From positions 83,131 through 147,130 of the forward strand of contig CANJLD010000007.1 of NCBI GenBank assembly GCA_947475165.1: 64,000 nt of DNA, in the 5' to 3' direction. The notes under the pieces are model-generated. The model saw nothing but the letters and a program-made list of their open reading frames with translations. It made no database searches and was not told the origin of the DNA. A program made the translations under genes and the position numbers. This document shows positions 9,515 through 19,276 of the stretch, piece after piece. Each line of letters starts with the position of its first letter. Position 1 is the stretch's first letter. Source of the DNA: Bacteroidota bacterium (GTDB lineage Bacteria; Bacteroidota; Bacteroidia; Chitinophagales; LD1).

Positions 9515-10141
9515 CTACTTCTTCTTAAAATCACCGCGCTTCCAAGCGCGGATGAACTCTGCCCAAGCGAGTGGATTGAAAATATTCTGTGGAGGAGTTT
9601 GTCCGTAGTAATAGGTTTTAACCGAAGAATTGCGGAGCGCTAGGTTTGTGGCTTCTCCTCCATCCTGCTCTAAGCGTTCGCCCAGTTCGGCTAAACGCTC
9701 TCTGTCCATGTTGCGCTTGGCGCGTTGCAAATCGTCATCGGGCAAATGCGTGTCGAGAAAAGCCTGACGGAAATTATCGCGGCTTCCCCACGGGTAAATG
9801 AGGGTGGTTGGTCCCCAGATAATATCCTTTGTCATTACCTGAATAACTGAAAATTTCTCGCTCTCTAATTTGGCGGGAATAACATACATAACCGGAGAAA
9901 AACCAATGCAGGTAAAATAAAGTGTATCGCCTTCGCGTGCGGCAAACGAAAAGAAACCATCTGGACCGGCAGTTGCAATTCTTCCACGATTTACGATAGT
10001 GATGTGGGCAAACGGAACCCCCATTAAACTATCGGCAGTAAGTGCGTAGCCGGAGAACTGAATCAGCCGGTCTACCTTTTGAGAAAAGGACTGCGAATAA
10101 GCGGCAACGAGCAAGATAACAATGAAGGATAATTTTTTCAC
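9515..10141 (-). CDS. Secreted carboxypeptidase-regulatory-like domain protein (function unknown)
   Basis: 208 aa with a signal peptide. GYALTADSLMGVPFAHITIVN...GPDGFFSF resembles a CarboxypepD_reg fold. The architecture matches ORF 1111-1833. Confidence 0.45.
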   Translation of the reverse strand: MKKLSFIVILLVAAYSQSFSQKVDRLIQFSGYALTADSLMGVPFAHITIVNRGRIATAGPDGFFSFAAREGDTLYFTCIGFSPVMYVIPAKLESEKFSVIQVMTKDIIWGPTTLIYPWGSRDNFRQAFLDTHLPDDDLQRAKRNMDRERLAELGERLEQDGGEATNLALRNSSVKTYYYGQTPPQNIFNPLAWAEFIRAWKRGDFKKK

Positions 10142-10458
10142 GGCACGAATTTATGAATCACTAACTCATTTATGGCTAAATATTGTGCCACTGTATTTTA
10201 GTTGAGAAGATTTAACAGGAAGCAGTGGTTGGTGGATTTGTGATTTGTGATTAGTGAATGCAACTTCTTAAATCTTAACATTCCCTTGTATTTAACTTCC
10301 CGATAGTTTTAAAAGAGGGAACAGAATTCACTAATCACCAATCCACCGCTCACTAAACAACTTTCCCGTTTGTGAATTGAACGTTGACAACCTGTTTGTG
10401 CCGAACAAATAGTTCTGTGCTTTGTTATTTTCGCGCCACTATTCTAAAAGCTAATTAC

Positions 10459-13353
10459 ATGATAAATCTGCGCTCAACCGACCACTTTGTAAACCGCCAC
10501 ATTGGACCCGATGAAAACCAAACTGCCGAAATGCTGAAAGCAATAGGAGTAAACAGTCTGGAGGAATTAATTTCTGAAACTGTTCCTGCTAACATTCGCA
10601 GAAAAGACAAACTGAACTTACCGGAAGCGCAGAGTGAATACAACTATTTACGCGAGTTGAAAAAGAAAGCGGCTAAGAACAAAGTGTTTCGTTCTTACAT
10701 TGGCTTGGGTTATTACAACAACATTACACCGGCTGCTATCCGCAGAAATATTTTAGAGAACCCGGGATGGTATACGCAATACACGCCTTATCAAGCGGAG
10801 ATTGCACAAGGCAGATTAGAAGCTCTCCTGAATTTTCAAACTATGGTGAGCGACCTCACCGGTATGCCAATTGCCAATGCTTCTTTATTAGATGAAGGAA
10901 CTGCTGCGGCTGAAGCCATGCACATGTTCTGGGGTTTGAAGAATAAGAAAGATGCCCTGCACAATAAGTTTTTTGTTTCAAGCCTTTGCTTACCGCAAAC
11001 TATTGATGTAATTAAAACCCGTGCCGGTGTATTGGGAATGGAAGTAATTATTGGCGATTATAACACGGTTGAGTTAGACAAAGATTTCTTCGGTGCATTG
11101 CTACAATATCCGGCAATGGATGGAAGTGTGTTAGACTATAAAGCATTTACCAATAAATGCCATGCACTGGAATGTTATGTATGTGTGGCGACCGATTTGC
11201 TCGCGCTTACTTTACTTACTCCACCGGGAGAATTCGGTGCTGATTGCGTAGTTGGAAACTCACAACGCTTTGGTGTGCCGATGGGTTTTGGCGGTCCTCA
11301 TGCCGCTTTCTTTGCTACTAAAGACGATTACAAGAGAATTTTACCGGGCAGAATTATTGGAGTAAGCGTTGACAGCCAAGGCAAACCTGCTTTGCGTATG
11401 GCTTTGCAAACAAGAGAGCAACACATCCGCAGAGAGAAAGCAACTTCAAACATTTGCACGGCACAAGCTCTTCTCGCCATCATGTCGGGAATGTATGGTG
11501 TGTATCACGGTGCTACCGGTGTAAAGAATATTGCCTTGCGCGTTTATACCTTAGCTTCTATTCTTAAAAAAGAATTGCATCACTTAGGTTTCAAAACAAC
11601 TAACCAGTCTCATTTCGATACTTTGAAAATTGACACCACCGGTCAAGACCAGAAGCATGATTTTATTCATCAACTGGCGGTGAACAAGGAAATGAATTTC
11701 TATTACGATACGAATGGTATTTCTATTTCGTTAGATGAAACAACGCAACCGGAAGATGTAGTTGAAATTGTAAACGTGTTTGCCTGCGCAGTAGGTAAGG
11801 ATGATTACACCTTCGATATTTATCGTTACGCTCCACAAACCTTAGACCTTCCTGTTGCTTTAAAAAGAAATTCAACTTACTTAACGCATCCGGTGTTTAA
11901 TACACACCGCAGCGAAAGCCAGTTGATGCGTTATATCAAGAGCTTAGAGAATAAAGATTTGTCGTTGACTAAATCTATGATTGCATTGGGTTCTTGCACC
12001 ATGAAATTAAATGCAGCGGCTGAGTTAGAGCCAATTAGCTGGCCGGAGTTTGCAAACATTCACCCGTTTGCGCCTAAATCGCAGGCTACCGGTTACTTAG
12101 AAATTATTACTGCGCTTGAAAATTATTTGAGTGAGATTACTGCCTTCTCGGCAACCTCGCTTCAACCCAATTCAGGAGCACAAGGAGAATACGCAGGCTT
12201 GTTAGTTATTCGCGCTTATCAAAAAGATATTGGGCAAGGTCATAGAGATGTTGCCTTGATTCCGGCTTCGGCACACGGCACAAATCCGGCAACGGCTGTA
12301 ATGGCCGGTTTGAAAGTTGTTGTGGTTGCAACTGATAGCCACGGCAACATTGACTTCAACGACTTGCTGAAGAAGGCAGAAGAGCATAAAGACAATCTAT
12401 GTTGCTTTATGGTTACTTATCCATCTACACACGGGGTATTTGAAAGTGCTATCAAAGATATTTGCGAGGTGATACACGCCAATGGCGGACAGGTATATAT
12501 GGATGGCGCGAACTTAAATGCGCAGGTTGGTTTAACTGCACCGGGAATTATAGGTGCCGATGTAAACCACATTAACCTGCATAAAACATTTGCTATTCCG
12601 CACGGTGGTGGTGGACCTGGTATGGGACCAATTTGTGTAGCTAAACATTTGGCTCCTTATCTTCCGGGTAATGCTGTGGCAAAGACCGGTGGAGAGAAAG
12701 CCATTCACGGAGTTTCTTCTGCGCCTTATGGCAGCGCGAGTATTCTTTTAATTAGTTACGGTTACATCCGTATGTTAGGATGTACCGGTGTAACGGATGC
12801 TACTAAATATGCCATTCTGAATGCGAATTATATGAAGGCACGCTTGGAAGAATACTATCAGGTATTGTATGTAGGTAAAGAACACGGACGCGTAGCGCAC
12901 GAATTGATTTTGGATTTCCGTTCGTTCAAACATACTGTAGGAATTGAAGTGGAAGATGTAGCGAAGCGTTTGATGGATTATGGTTTCCATGCACCAACAG
13001 TTTCGTTCCCGGTGGCAGGAACTTTAATGATTGAGCCTACGGAAAGCGAAGACAAAGCAGAGATTGACCGATTCTGCGATGCGCTGATTGCTATTAAAGG
13101 TGAGATTGATGCTATTGAGAAAAAACAAATGGATGCTACAGATAATCCGTTGAAGAATGCACCGCATACTATTGGCGTAATTACTGCCAACGAATGGACT
13201 CACCCTTACACACGCGGAGAAGCAGCGTTCCCGCTTCCGTTTGTTTCTGAAAATAAATTCTGGCCTTCGGTGGGTCGTGTAAACAATAGTCAGGGCGATA
13301 GAAATTTGGTTTGCACCTGTCCGCCTATTGAGAGTTATATGGAACAAGGCTAA
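10459..13353 (+). CDS. gcvP: Glycine dehydrogenase (decarboxylating), single-chain P protein
   Basis: About 964 aa. The N-terminus FVNRHIGP, then [21 protein letters not shown], and the PLP-lysine region [16 protein letters not shown] all fit GcvP. I prefer the ATG at 10459 ([10 protein letters not shown]...) over the track start at 10384, which adds a Cys-rich non-homologous leader. Confidence 0.95.
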   Translation: MINLRSTDHFVNRHIGPDENQTAEMLKAIGVNSLEELISETVPANIRRKDKLNLPEAQSEYNYLRELKKKAAKNKVFRSYIGLGYYNNITPAAIRRNILENPGWYTQYTPYQAEIAQGRLEALLNFQTMVSDLTGMPIANASLLDEGTAAAEAMHMFWGLKNKKDALHNKFFVSSLCLPQTIDVIKTRAGVLGMEVIIGDYNTVELDKDFFGALLQYPAMDGSVLDYKAFTNKCHALECYVCVATDLLALTLLTPPGEFGADCVVGNSQRFGVPMGFGGPHAAFFATKDDYKRILPGRIIGVSVDSQGKPALRMALQTREQHIRREKATSNICTAQALLAIMSGMYGVYHGATGVKNIALRVYTLASILKKELHHLGFKTTNQSHFDTLKIDTTGQDQKHDFIHQLAVNKEMNFYYDTNGISISLDETTQPEDVVEIVNVFACAVGKDDYTFDIYRYAPQTLDLPVALKRNSTYLTHPVFNTHRSESQLMRYIKSLENKDLSLTKSMIALGSCTMKLNAAAELEPISWPEFANIHPFAPKSQATGYLEIITALENYLSEITAFSATSLQPNSGAQGEYAGLLVIRAYQKDIGQGHRDVALIPASAHGTNPATAVMAGLKVVVVATDSHGNIDFNDLLKKAEEHKDNLCCFMVTYPSTHGVFESAIKDICEVIHANGGQVYMDGANLNAQVGLTAPGIIGADVNHINLHKTFAIPHGGGGPGMGPICVAKHLAPYLPGNAVAKTGGEKAIHGVSSAPYGSASILLISYGYIRMLGCTGVTDATKYAILNANYMKARLEEYYQVLYVGKEHGRVAHELILDFRSFKHTVGIEVEDVAKRLMDYGFHAPTVSFPVAGTLMIEPTESEDKAEIDRFCDALIAIKGEIDAIEKKQMDATDNPLKNAPHTIGVITANEWTHPYTRGEAAFPLPFVSENKFWPSVGRVNNSQGDRNLVCTCPPIESYMEQG

Positions 13354-13387
13354 CCCCTCTAAATCTCCCCTAAAGGGGAGACTTTAA
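13352..13387 (+). repeat. REP-like palindromic element, copy A (variant)
   Basis: AACCCCTCTAAATCTCCCCTAAAGGGGAGACTTTAA overlaps the gcvP stop codon. The hairpin core is TCTCCCC-TAAA-GGGGAGA. Confidence 0.75.
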
Positions 13388-13413
13388 TACATTCAATTAC
13401 TAAAACGTAAAAC

Positions 13414-13953
13414 ATGATTATTACTAAGAAAATAGAAAAGGCACTCAATGAGCATTTAGCTTTAGAGATGAATGCGCAATACAATTACTTATCGGTAGCA
13501 TCGTGGTGCGAGCTGGAAGGCTACGAAGGCACGGCTAAGTTTTTCTATAAGCAAAGTGCCGAAGAGAATACACACTTCATGAAGTTCTTTACCTACATCA
13601 ACGAAATGGGCGGACATGCTTTAGTGCCTTCCTTAAAAGCACCTAAATACCAATTCAAGTCTATACAGGAAGCGGTGGAGATGGGTTTAGCGCATGAGCA
13701 AAAAGTAACCAAGGCTATTTACGAAATTGCCACGCTGGCTAAAAAAGATGGCGACCATGCTACGGAAGTGTTCCTCACTTTTTTTATTGATGAGCAGAAA
13801 GAAGAAGAAGTTCAATTCAAACGCATACTCGACAAAATAAAACTGATTGGCGGTGGACCGCAGTCGCTTTATTATGTAGATAAGGAGTTTGAAAAACTTT
13901 CGGCTGCTACTACCGGTGGTAAGAAGAGGAAAGATAAAGGCGAGGGGGAGTAG
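13414..13953 (+). CDS. Ferritin (non-heme) with a Lys-rich C-terminal tail
   Basis: 179 aa with ferroxidase-centre residues in LALEMNAQYNY...AEEENTHFMKF...AHEQKVT. The extra C-terminal tail is TGGKKRKDKGEGE. Confidence 0.85.
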   Translation: MIITKKIEKALNEHLALEMNAQYNYLSVASWCELEGYEGTAKFFYKQSAEENTHFMKFFTYINEMGGHALVPSLKAPKYQFKSIQEAVEMGLAHEQKVTKAIYEIATLAKKDGDHATEVFLTFFIDEQKEEEVQFKRILDKIKLIGGGPQSLYYVDKEFEKLSAATTGGKKRKDKGEGE

Positions 13954-13983
13954 GTAAATAGCAATAGGTAGAAAATAAAAAAC

Positions 13984-14015
13984 AAAAGGCACTCGAATGA
14001 GTGCCTTTTGTTTTT
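13984..14015. terminator. Bidirectional rho-independent terminator
   Basis: AAAAGGCACTC-GAAT-GAGTGCCTTTT is flanked by an A-run upstream and a T-run downstream. It lies between the convergent ferritin and PPTase genes. Confidence 0.8.
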
Positions 14016-14063
14016 CTTGGGTTGCAAAAGTTCTGTGAATCCTTCATCGTAATGCGATACTTT

Positions 14064-14678
14064 TCAATTGGCCACCACATACGTTAAAACATGGTCTTCA
14101 AAGAAACTGTAGTTTACTATTAAGTTTTTCATCGGCTGTTCAATGCCTGTAATTTCTGCCTTTAATTCTCCGCTAAGTTTTAATTCAAATGGCTCAATCA
14201 ATAACTGGCTTATAAATTCTATTCCGGCTTTGCCATATAGTTTGTAGAGAGCTTCTTTCGCGCTCCAATACAAAATTAGTTTCTCAATCTTCTCATCAGC
14301 TTGTATCGCGTTGATTTCATCTTCCCGCAAAAACTTATGCGCAATGCGCTCCACCTTCGGGTTCACCATTTCTAAATCAATGCCCACCGGTGCATAGTTG
14401 CTCAGCATAGCCGCAGCAAACACCGGTGTATGCGAAATAGAAAGATGTTGTGTTGAATTTTTAAGCAGGGGCTTGCCGGCTTCGTCTTTTTCAATTTCCG
14501 AAAACTCTCCGCGCATTTCGTTCACTAAATGCCGCGTGGCAAACCATTGCAATTTTTTGTTTTCGTTTTTTATTGCGGGATGCGAATTAAACCTTGATTC
14601 AAAAAAAGAAAGCTCCTCTTCAATCCGCCATAAAGCGATTTCCGAATTACCGGTGGCTATCTTTTTATAAAGAGGCAT
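14064..14678 (-). CDS. 4'-phosphopantetheinyl transferase (Sfp-type)
   Basis: 204 aa with the GIDLE metal-binding motif and the WSAKEALYK motif. Confidence 0.85.
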   Translation of the reverse strand: MPLYKKIATGNSEIALWRIEEELSFFESRFNSHPAIKNENKKLQWFATRHLVNEMRGEFSEIEKDEAGKPLLKNSTQHLSISHTPVFAAAMLSNYAPVGIDLEMVNPKVERIAHKFLREDEINAIQADEKIEKLILYWSAKEALYKLYGKAGIEFISQLLIEPFELKLSGELKAEITGIEQPMKNLIVNYSFFEDHVLTYVVAN

Positions 14679-14731
14679 TATGCGAATATAAGGGACGAGA
14701 GCAAGGGACGAAGGACGAGGGAAACAGACAT

Positions 14732-15412
14732 CTATCCTTCTAAGTTCAATGTAAGCGTAAACGTGCGCGAATACATTCGTTCGATGGTGCGCGAATAAAT
14801 TAAGCCAGGTGAAGAAGAATGGATATTCAAAAAGCCGTGACTCACTTTTATTTCGGGCGAGAGGATGAAATACGGGAAGTAAATCATAAACCCGAGGCCG
14901 TATTCGGCAGCGGCATCATTTTTATTGAGCTTGATAATATCATCTGCCTTGCGTGCTTTTACATTACTTGCCAAATCAAAATCGTAACGCAAACCTGCAA
15001 TTACATAAATGCGGAAATCCTTAATCGGGTCGCTCTTAAAGCGCAACTGCAAAGGGAAATCGAGATAAATAGAAGAGATAGTTTTTTTTACCATCGTGTG
15101 GTTCAAATCTTCATACACAATTCCTTTATCGCTGAACGAAAGCGTAGGAATAAAACGCAAATCGAAATATTTATGAAACTGGTAATTGCAGATAATGCCC
15201 AGATTAAATCCCGGACCAAATGAAGGTTTGAAATAGCGTATAGAATCGTTAATGGCTACTTTCTTGGAATGAATAACTTTAAAATCGCCTACGTTCACTC
15301 CAAGCGCAATACCGAAATAAATATCCTTCCGCCCCAACTCATGCACGTTAAACTGCGCTTTCAAATTGAAAGAAAGCAAGAGAACAATAAGAGCTATTAC
15401 TATTTTTTTCAT
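14732..15412 (-). CDS. Outer-membrane beta-barrel protein, PorT/SprT-like
   Basis: I use the ATG at 15412 (MKKIVIALIVLLLSFNLKAQ signal peptide). The track start at 15496 reads through a repeat element. The protein shows an alternating beta-strand pattern. Its position directly downstream of ubiE matches my memory of porT/sprT loci in other Bacteroidota, which I have not verified. Confidence 0.6.
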   Translation of the reverse strand: MKKIVIALIVLLLSFNLKAQFNVHELGRKDIYFGIALGVNVGDFKVIHSKKVAINDSIRYFKPSFGPGFNLGIICNYQFHKYFDLRFIPTLSFSDKGIVYEDLNHTMVKKTISSIYLDFPLQLRFKSDPIKDFRIYVIAGLRYDFDLASNVKARKADDIIKLNKNDAAAEYGLGFMIYFPYFILSPEIKVSHGFLNIHSSSPGLIYSRTIERMYSRTFTLTLNLEG

Positions 15413-15420
15413 AGTTGCAT

Positions 15421-15449
15421 TTAAGTCCCCTTTAGGGAATTTAGGGGTT
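15421..15449 (-). repeat. REP-like palindromic element, copy B
   Basis: TTAAGTCCCCTTTAGGGAATTTAGGGGTT is the reverse complement of the consensus ACCCCTAAATCCCCTAAAGGGGACTTAA. It forms the last codons and the stop codon of ubiE. Confidence 0.8.
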
Positions 15450-16170
15450 TCTCCATTGTATAAAATGCGCAAGCACCAAAAGTCAATGGTTGCCACTTCA
15501 CGTTTCTAAAGCCAATATTCTCCAATATTCTTACAAACTCCAAACCTGCAGGAAAAGCGTTCACACTTTCGGGCAAATAATCATAAGCCCGCGCATCTTT
15601 CGAAAACATTTTTCCTATCACCGGAACTATTTTTCCGAAGTATAAACTGAAAACCGAGCGGATTATTGCGTTCTGGGGCATAGAGGCTTCCAGAATCGCC
15701 ACCTTGCCCCCGCTGCGTAGAACACGGTGCATCTCTTTTAAACCAATTTCCAGGTTCTCAAAATTGCGTACACCAAAGCCAACGGTAATAGCATCAAACG
15801 AATTATCGGCAAAAGGCATTTTCTCCGAATCGCCTTTTACAAACTCCACCACATTTGAAACTCCGAGTTTGGTCGCTTTCTCCCTTCCGTATTTCATCAT
15901 GCCTTCGCTCAAATCAAAGCCAGTTACTTTCTCGGGGTGAAGCGAAAGTGCTTCAAAAGCAAAATCACCGGTGCCGCTTGCAACATCCAGAATCTTCTTA
16001 GGCTGAATACTGCCGATATACTTCACTGCTTTTTTGCGCCATATAATATCAATACCGAGCGAAAGAAGATGATTCAGAAAGTCATACCGGTGCGCAATGT
16101 TATCGAACATTTCTTCTACCTGCTCTTTCTTGCTGCGCGTGTCGTTATATGGTGTAACTATGTTGCTCAT
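15421..16170 (-). CDS. ubiE: Demethylmenaquinone/ubiquinone C-methyltransferase
   Basis: MFDNIAHRYDFLNHLLSLGID..WRK, ILDVASGTGDF and FGVRNFE motifs fit UbiE/MenG. I prefer the start at 16170 (MSNIVTPYND). Confidence 0.9.
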   Translation of the reverse strand: MSNIVTPYNDTRSKKEQVEEMFDNIAHRYDFLNHLLSLGIDIIWRKKAVKYIGSIQPKKILDVASGTGDFAFEALSLHPEKVTGFDLSEGMMKYGREKATKLGVSNVVEFVKGDSEKMPFADNSFDAITVGFGVRNFENLEIGLKEMHRVLRSGGKVAILEASMPQNAIIRSVFSLYFGKIVPVIGKMFSKDARAYDYLPESVNAFPAGLEFVRILENIGFRNVKWQPLTFGACAFYTMEKPLNSLKGT

Positions 16171-16241
16171 AAAAAACGCGCAAATGTAATCGCTTAAACC
16201 GAACGTCTGAATTACCAATTGCGATTCACTATCATTGCGCC

Positions 16242-16874
16242 ATGAAGATTAAAACGGCTGAATACACAGCAAGTTATGTAGATGTAGAAAAATGCCCTAA
16301 ACCTGAGGTGCCGGAGTTTGCTTTTATCGGTCGCTCGAACGTGGGTAAGAGTTCGCTCATTAATTATCTTACGGGAAGGACTAAACTTTCGAAGGTTTCA
16401 AAAACACCCGGTAAAACACAAACCATCAATTACTTCGATATAAACTGCAATATCAATTTTGTCGATTTGCCGGGTTACAGTTTTGCCAAGGTTTCTATTG
16501 AAATGCGGAATAAATGGAACAATATGATTCGCAACTATATTCTGCATCGCGAGCAGTTATTGTATGTGTTCCAATTGATTGACTCGCGCGTGCCGCCACA
16601 AAAAATTGACTTGGAATTTATAGGCTGGATGGGCAAGAACCATGTGCCTTTGGTGGTGGTTTTTACTAAGGCGGACAAGCCGGGTAACCGAGAAGCCACT
16701 TCCAATATTCAGGCATTTAAAAATGCCCTGCTGAAAGAGTGGGAAGAATTGCCGGTGATATTTGTTACTTCATCAGAAAAAAAGGTGGGCGGAGAAGGAG
16801 TCTTGAGCTTTATAGAACAGGCGGCAAGAAGCTATTATACACAGAAAAACAAGAATGAAAACACGGAATCTTGA
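16242..16874 (+). CDS. engB: Ribosome-biogenesis GTPase YsxC/EngB
   Basis: 210 aa with G1 GRSNVGKSSLIN, G3 DLPGY and G4 TKADK. Confidence 0.9.
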   Translation: MKIKTAEYTASYVDVEKCPKPEVPEFAFIGRSNVGKSSLINYLTGRTKLSKVSKTPGKTQTINYFDINCNINFVDLPGYSFAKVSIEMRNKWNNMIRNYILHREQLLYVFQLIDSRVPPQKIDLEFIGWMGKNHVPLVVVFTKADKPGNREATSNIQAFKNALLKEWEELPVIFVTSSEKKVGGEGVLSFIEQAARSYYTQKNKNENTES

Positions 16875-16880
16875 GTTGTA

Positions 16881-16909
16881 TTAAAGTCCCCTTTAGGGGA
16901 TTTAGGGGT
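16881..16909 (-). repeat. REP-like palindromic element, copy C
   Basis: TTAAAGTCCCCTTTAGGGGATTTAGGGGT lies 7 nt after the engB stop codon. Confidence 0.8.
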
Positions 16910-16964
16910 GTATTTTGATTTTCCGAATCAAAACCTATATTTGCCGTCCGAAAAAAATAAAACT

Positions 16965-17237
16965 ATGAAGAAAGATATTCATCCATCAAATTACAGAACA
17001 GTTGTGTTCAAAGATATTTCGATTGATAAAACATGGCTTGGAAAAAGCACTGCTAACACTAAAGAAACCCTTAAATGGGAAGATGGTAACGAATACCCGC
17101 TTATTAAGCTGGAAATTTCGAACGAAAGCCACCCTTTCTTTACCGGTAAAATGAAACTGGTAGATACAGCAGGTAGAATTGACAAATTCAAGAAACGCTA
17201 TACCAAGAAAACAACGGAAGAAAAACCCGCTGAATAA
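16965..17237 (+). CDS. rpmE2: 50S ribosomal protein L31, type B (non-zinc)
   Basis: [17 protein letters not shown]...HPFFTGK... with no CxxC motif. The track start at 16908 would read through the repeat, so I use the ATG at 16965. Confidence 0.9.
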   Translation: MKKDIHPSNYRTVVFKDISIDKTWLGKSTANTKETLKWEDGNEYPLIKLEISNESHPFFTGKMKLVDTAGRIDKFKKRYTKKTTEEKPAE

Positions 17238-17242
17238 GCTTC

Positions 17243-17277
17243 AAACGTCCCGCAGAAATGCGGGACGTTTTTGTTTT
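17243..17277 (+). terminator. Rho-independent terminator of rpmE2
   Basis: AAACGTCCCGC-AGAAA-TGCGGGACGTTT followed by TTTGTTTT. Confidence 0.85.
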
Positions 17278-17324
17278 AACTGCTTACTGCTAATTGCCTA
17301 CTGCAAACTTTTTAGATTAGCCGC

Positions 17325-18524
17325 ATGAATCTGATTCTTTTCGATTGTCATAAAACCCGCGCCAATCTCCTGCCTTTTACTTTCACGCGTCCCGTAGCAG
17401 ATATCCGCATTGGCATTTTAACTATTCGGGAAAAATGGGAAAAGCATCTCGGTAAAAAATCTTTTTCACTTACCGAGGAGTATCTGCTTGGTAAATTTCC
17501 TGCCGCTGCCGATTCTTCTTCTGCGCTTTATGTAAATGGTTCTGTGCTGCCTGATGAGAAGCTGATTGCAGCAATTAACAAACTTGGAGCACTTCAATCT
17601 TTAACGCATAACGGAGATGTGGTTGCCTTTAAGAGCGAAAAGCATCATCTGAATTACGAAAACTTCGAGGCTATTGCTAAAGGCTTTGCAGCAGTTGAAT
17701 ACAAGGAAAAACTTACGGCTGTTCAAAACCTCTGGAATATCTTCGGAATGAATGGAGAGGCGTTGAAAGCAGATTTCGATTTAGTGACGAAAGGAAGAAA
17801 ATCTCAAAAGTTGAGTGATACCAATAAATTGATTGGTTCTGCTGAGAATCTTTTTATTGAAGAAGGTGCAGTCGTAGAAGCAAGCGTGTTGAACACATCA
17901 ACCGGTGTAATATATATTGGAAAAAATGCTGAAATAATGGAGAACTGTGCAGTGCGCGGTCCATTTGCTTTAGGCGAACATGCTGCTTTGAAGATGAGCG
18001 CGAAGGTTTACGGAGCTACTACACTTGGTCCGCATTGTAAAGCAGGAGGGGAGTTGAACAATGTGATTTTCTTCGGCTACAGCAATAAAGCACATGATGG
18101 CTTCCTCGGAAATTCAGTAATTGGCGAATGGTGCAATCTGGGTGCAGACACCAATAACAGCAATCTGAAAAATAATTACAGCAGTGTAGAAGTATTTAAT
18201 TACCGCGAAGGCAAAGCGGTGGACACCGGTCTTACATTTTGCGGATTAATGATGGGCGACCATTCCAAGAGCGGTATCAATACCATGTTCAATACAGGAA
18301 CAGTGGTAGGTGTAAGTGCTAATGTTTTCGGAGCTGACTTCCCGCCTAAGTTTATTCCTTCCTACAGTTGGGGCGGCAACCGTTGGCTGCTGACTTTCAG
18401 TTTCGAAAAAAGTATGGAAGTAGCAGAGCGCGTAATGCAGCGCAGAAGTATAAAACTGGAAGAAGCAGACAGGCATATTTTAAAAACAGTTTTTGAGAGA
18501 GAAGAAAAATACAGAAAGAGATAA
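17325..18524 (+). CDS. GlmU-like sugar-phosphate nucleotidyltransferase with left-handed beta-helix domain
   Basis: 399 aa. The N-terminal nucleotidyltransferase-like region includes LLPFTFTRPVADIRIG. The C-terminal region has hexapeptide repeats (GKNAEIMENCAVRG..., GNSVIGEWCNLGADT). It overlaps the tpiA start by TAATG. Confidence 0.65.
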   Translation: MNLILFDCHKTRANLLPFTFTRPVADIRIGILTIREKWEKHLGKKSFSLTEEYLLGKFPAAADSSSALYVNGSVLPDEKLIAAINKLGALQSLTHNGDVVAFKSEKHHLNYENFEAIAKGFAAVEYKEKLTAVQNLWNIFGMNGEALKADFDLVTKGRKSQKLSDTNKLIGSAENLFIEEGAVVEASVLNTSTGVIYIGKNAEIMENCAVRGPFALGEHAALKMSAKVYGATTLGPHCKAGGELNNVIFFGYSNKAHDGFLGNSVIGEWCNLGADTNNSNLKNNYSSVEVFNYREGKAVDTGLTFCGLMMGDHSKSGINTMFNTGTVVGVSANVFGADFPPKFIPSYSWGGNRWLLTFSFEKSMEVAERVMQRRSIKLEEADRHILKTVFEREEKYRKR

Positions 18525-19276
18525 TGAGCAGAAGAAAAATAGTTGCCGGTAACTGGAAAATGAATCTGGAATTAGAAGAAGCAGCACAGTGGCTTTCAGA
18601 TGTTGATGCCGGTTTGAATAGTGACCAATGTGATGTGCTGGTGTTTCCATCATTTATTCTGTTGCCCGACTTGATGGATGTGTATGAAGGAGAACAAATT
18701 TTATTTGGCGCACAGAATTGCTCTCACAAAGAAAGTGGTGCATATACAGGGGAAGTCTCTGCCGCGCAGTTAGCGAGTGTGGGAGTAGAGTACGTAATTA
18801 TCGGTCACTCAGAACGAAGAGAACATTTTGGTGAAACGAACCAAATGCTGAAAGAGAAAATTCAACAAGCATTAAAAAATGGAATGACACCGGTGTTTTG
18901 TTGCGGAGAACCTTTACAAGTTCGCGAGGAAGGTAAGCAACAGGAATACGTAAAAAAACAATTGACTGAAAGTGTATTGGGCTTTTCCGTAGCCGCGATG
19001 GCTGAAATTATTATTGCCTACGAACCGGTATGGGCAATAGGTACCGGCTTAAACGCCACAACGGAGCAAGCGCAGGAGATGCACGCTTTTATCCGTTCCG
19101 AAATTGCTGCTAAATATTCGAATGAATTGGCGCAGCAAATCCCTATTCTTTATGGCGGCAGTTGCAAGCCCGATAACGCAAAAGAGCTTTTCACTTGTAA
19201 CGATGTAGACGGAGGATTGATTGGCGGAGCTTCTTTAAACGCGAAAGATTTTCTGGCAATTGTTCAATCAGCATAA
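18524..19276 (+). CDS. tpiA: Triose-phosphate isomerase
   Basis: 250 aa with GNWKMN, IIGHSERR, AYEPVWAIGTG and YGGS motifs. Confidence 0.95.
   Translation: MSRRKIVAGNWKMNLELEEAAQWLSDVDAGLNSDQCDVLVFPSFILLPDLMDVYEGEQILFGAQNCSHKESGAYTGEVSAAQLASVGVEYVIIGHSERREHFGETNQMLKEKIQQALKNGMTPVFCCGEPLQVREEGKQQEYVKKQLTESVLGFSVAAMAEIIIAYEPVWAIGTGLNATTEQAQEMHAFIRSEIAAKYSNELAQQIPILYGGSCKPDNAKELFTCNDVDGGLIGGASLNAKDFLAIVQSA

Noticed and set aside
10142-10458. Glycine riboswitch upstream of gcvP.
   Set aside because: I could not find the conserved aptamer cores (GGAGA ... ACCGAAGG/GGGCAA type) on the plus strand. Only a generic long inverted repeat is present. A covariance-model scan is needed for a definitive answer.
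10384-10458. N-terminal extensions given by the ORF track for gcvP (10384), rpmE2 (16908), the PorT-like OMP (15496), ubiE (16218), queA (40712), the DksA-like gene (32258), the small membrane protein (25714) and the GNAT gene (62147).
   Set aside because: The extensions add non-homologous residues, and several are translations of the REP-like element. Internal ATGs give N-termini matching the expected family starts or signal peptides.
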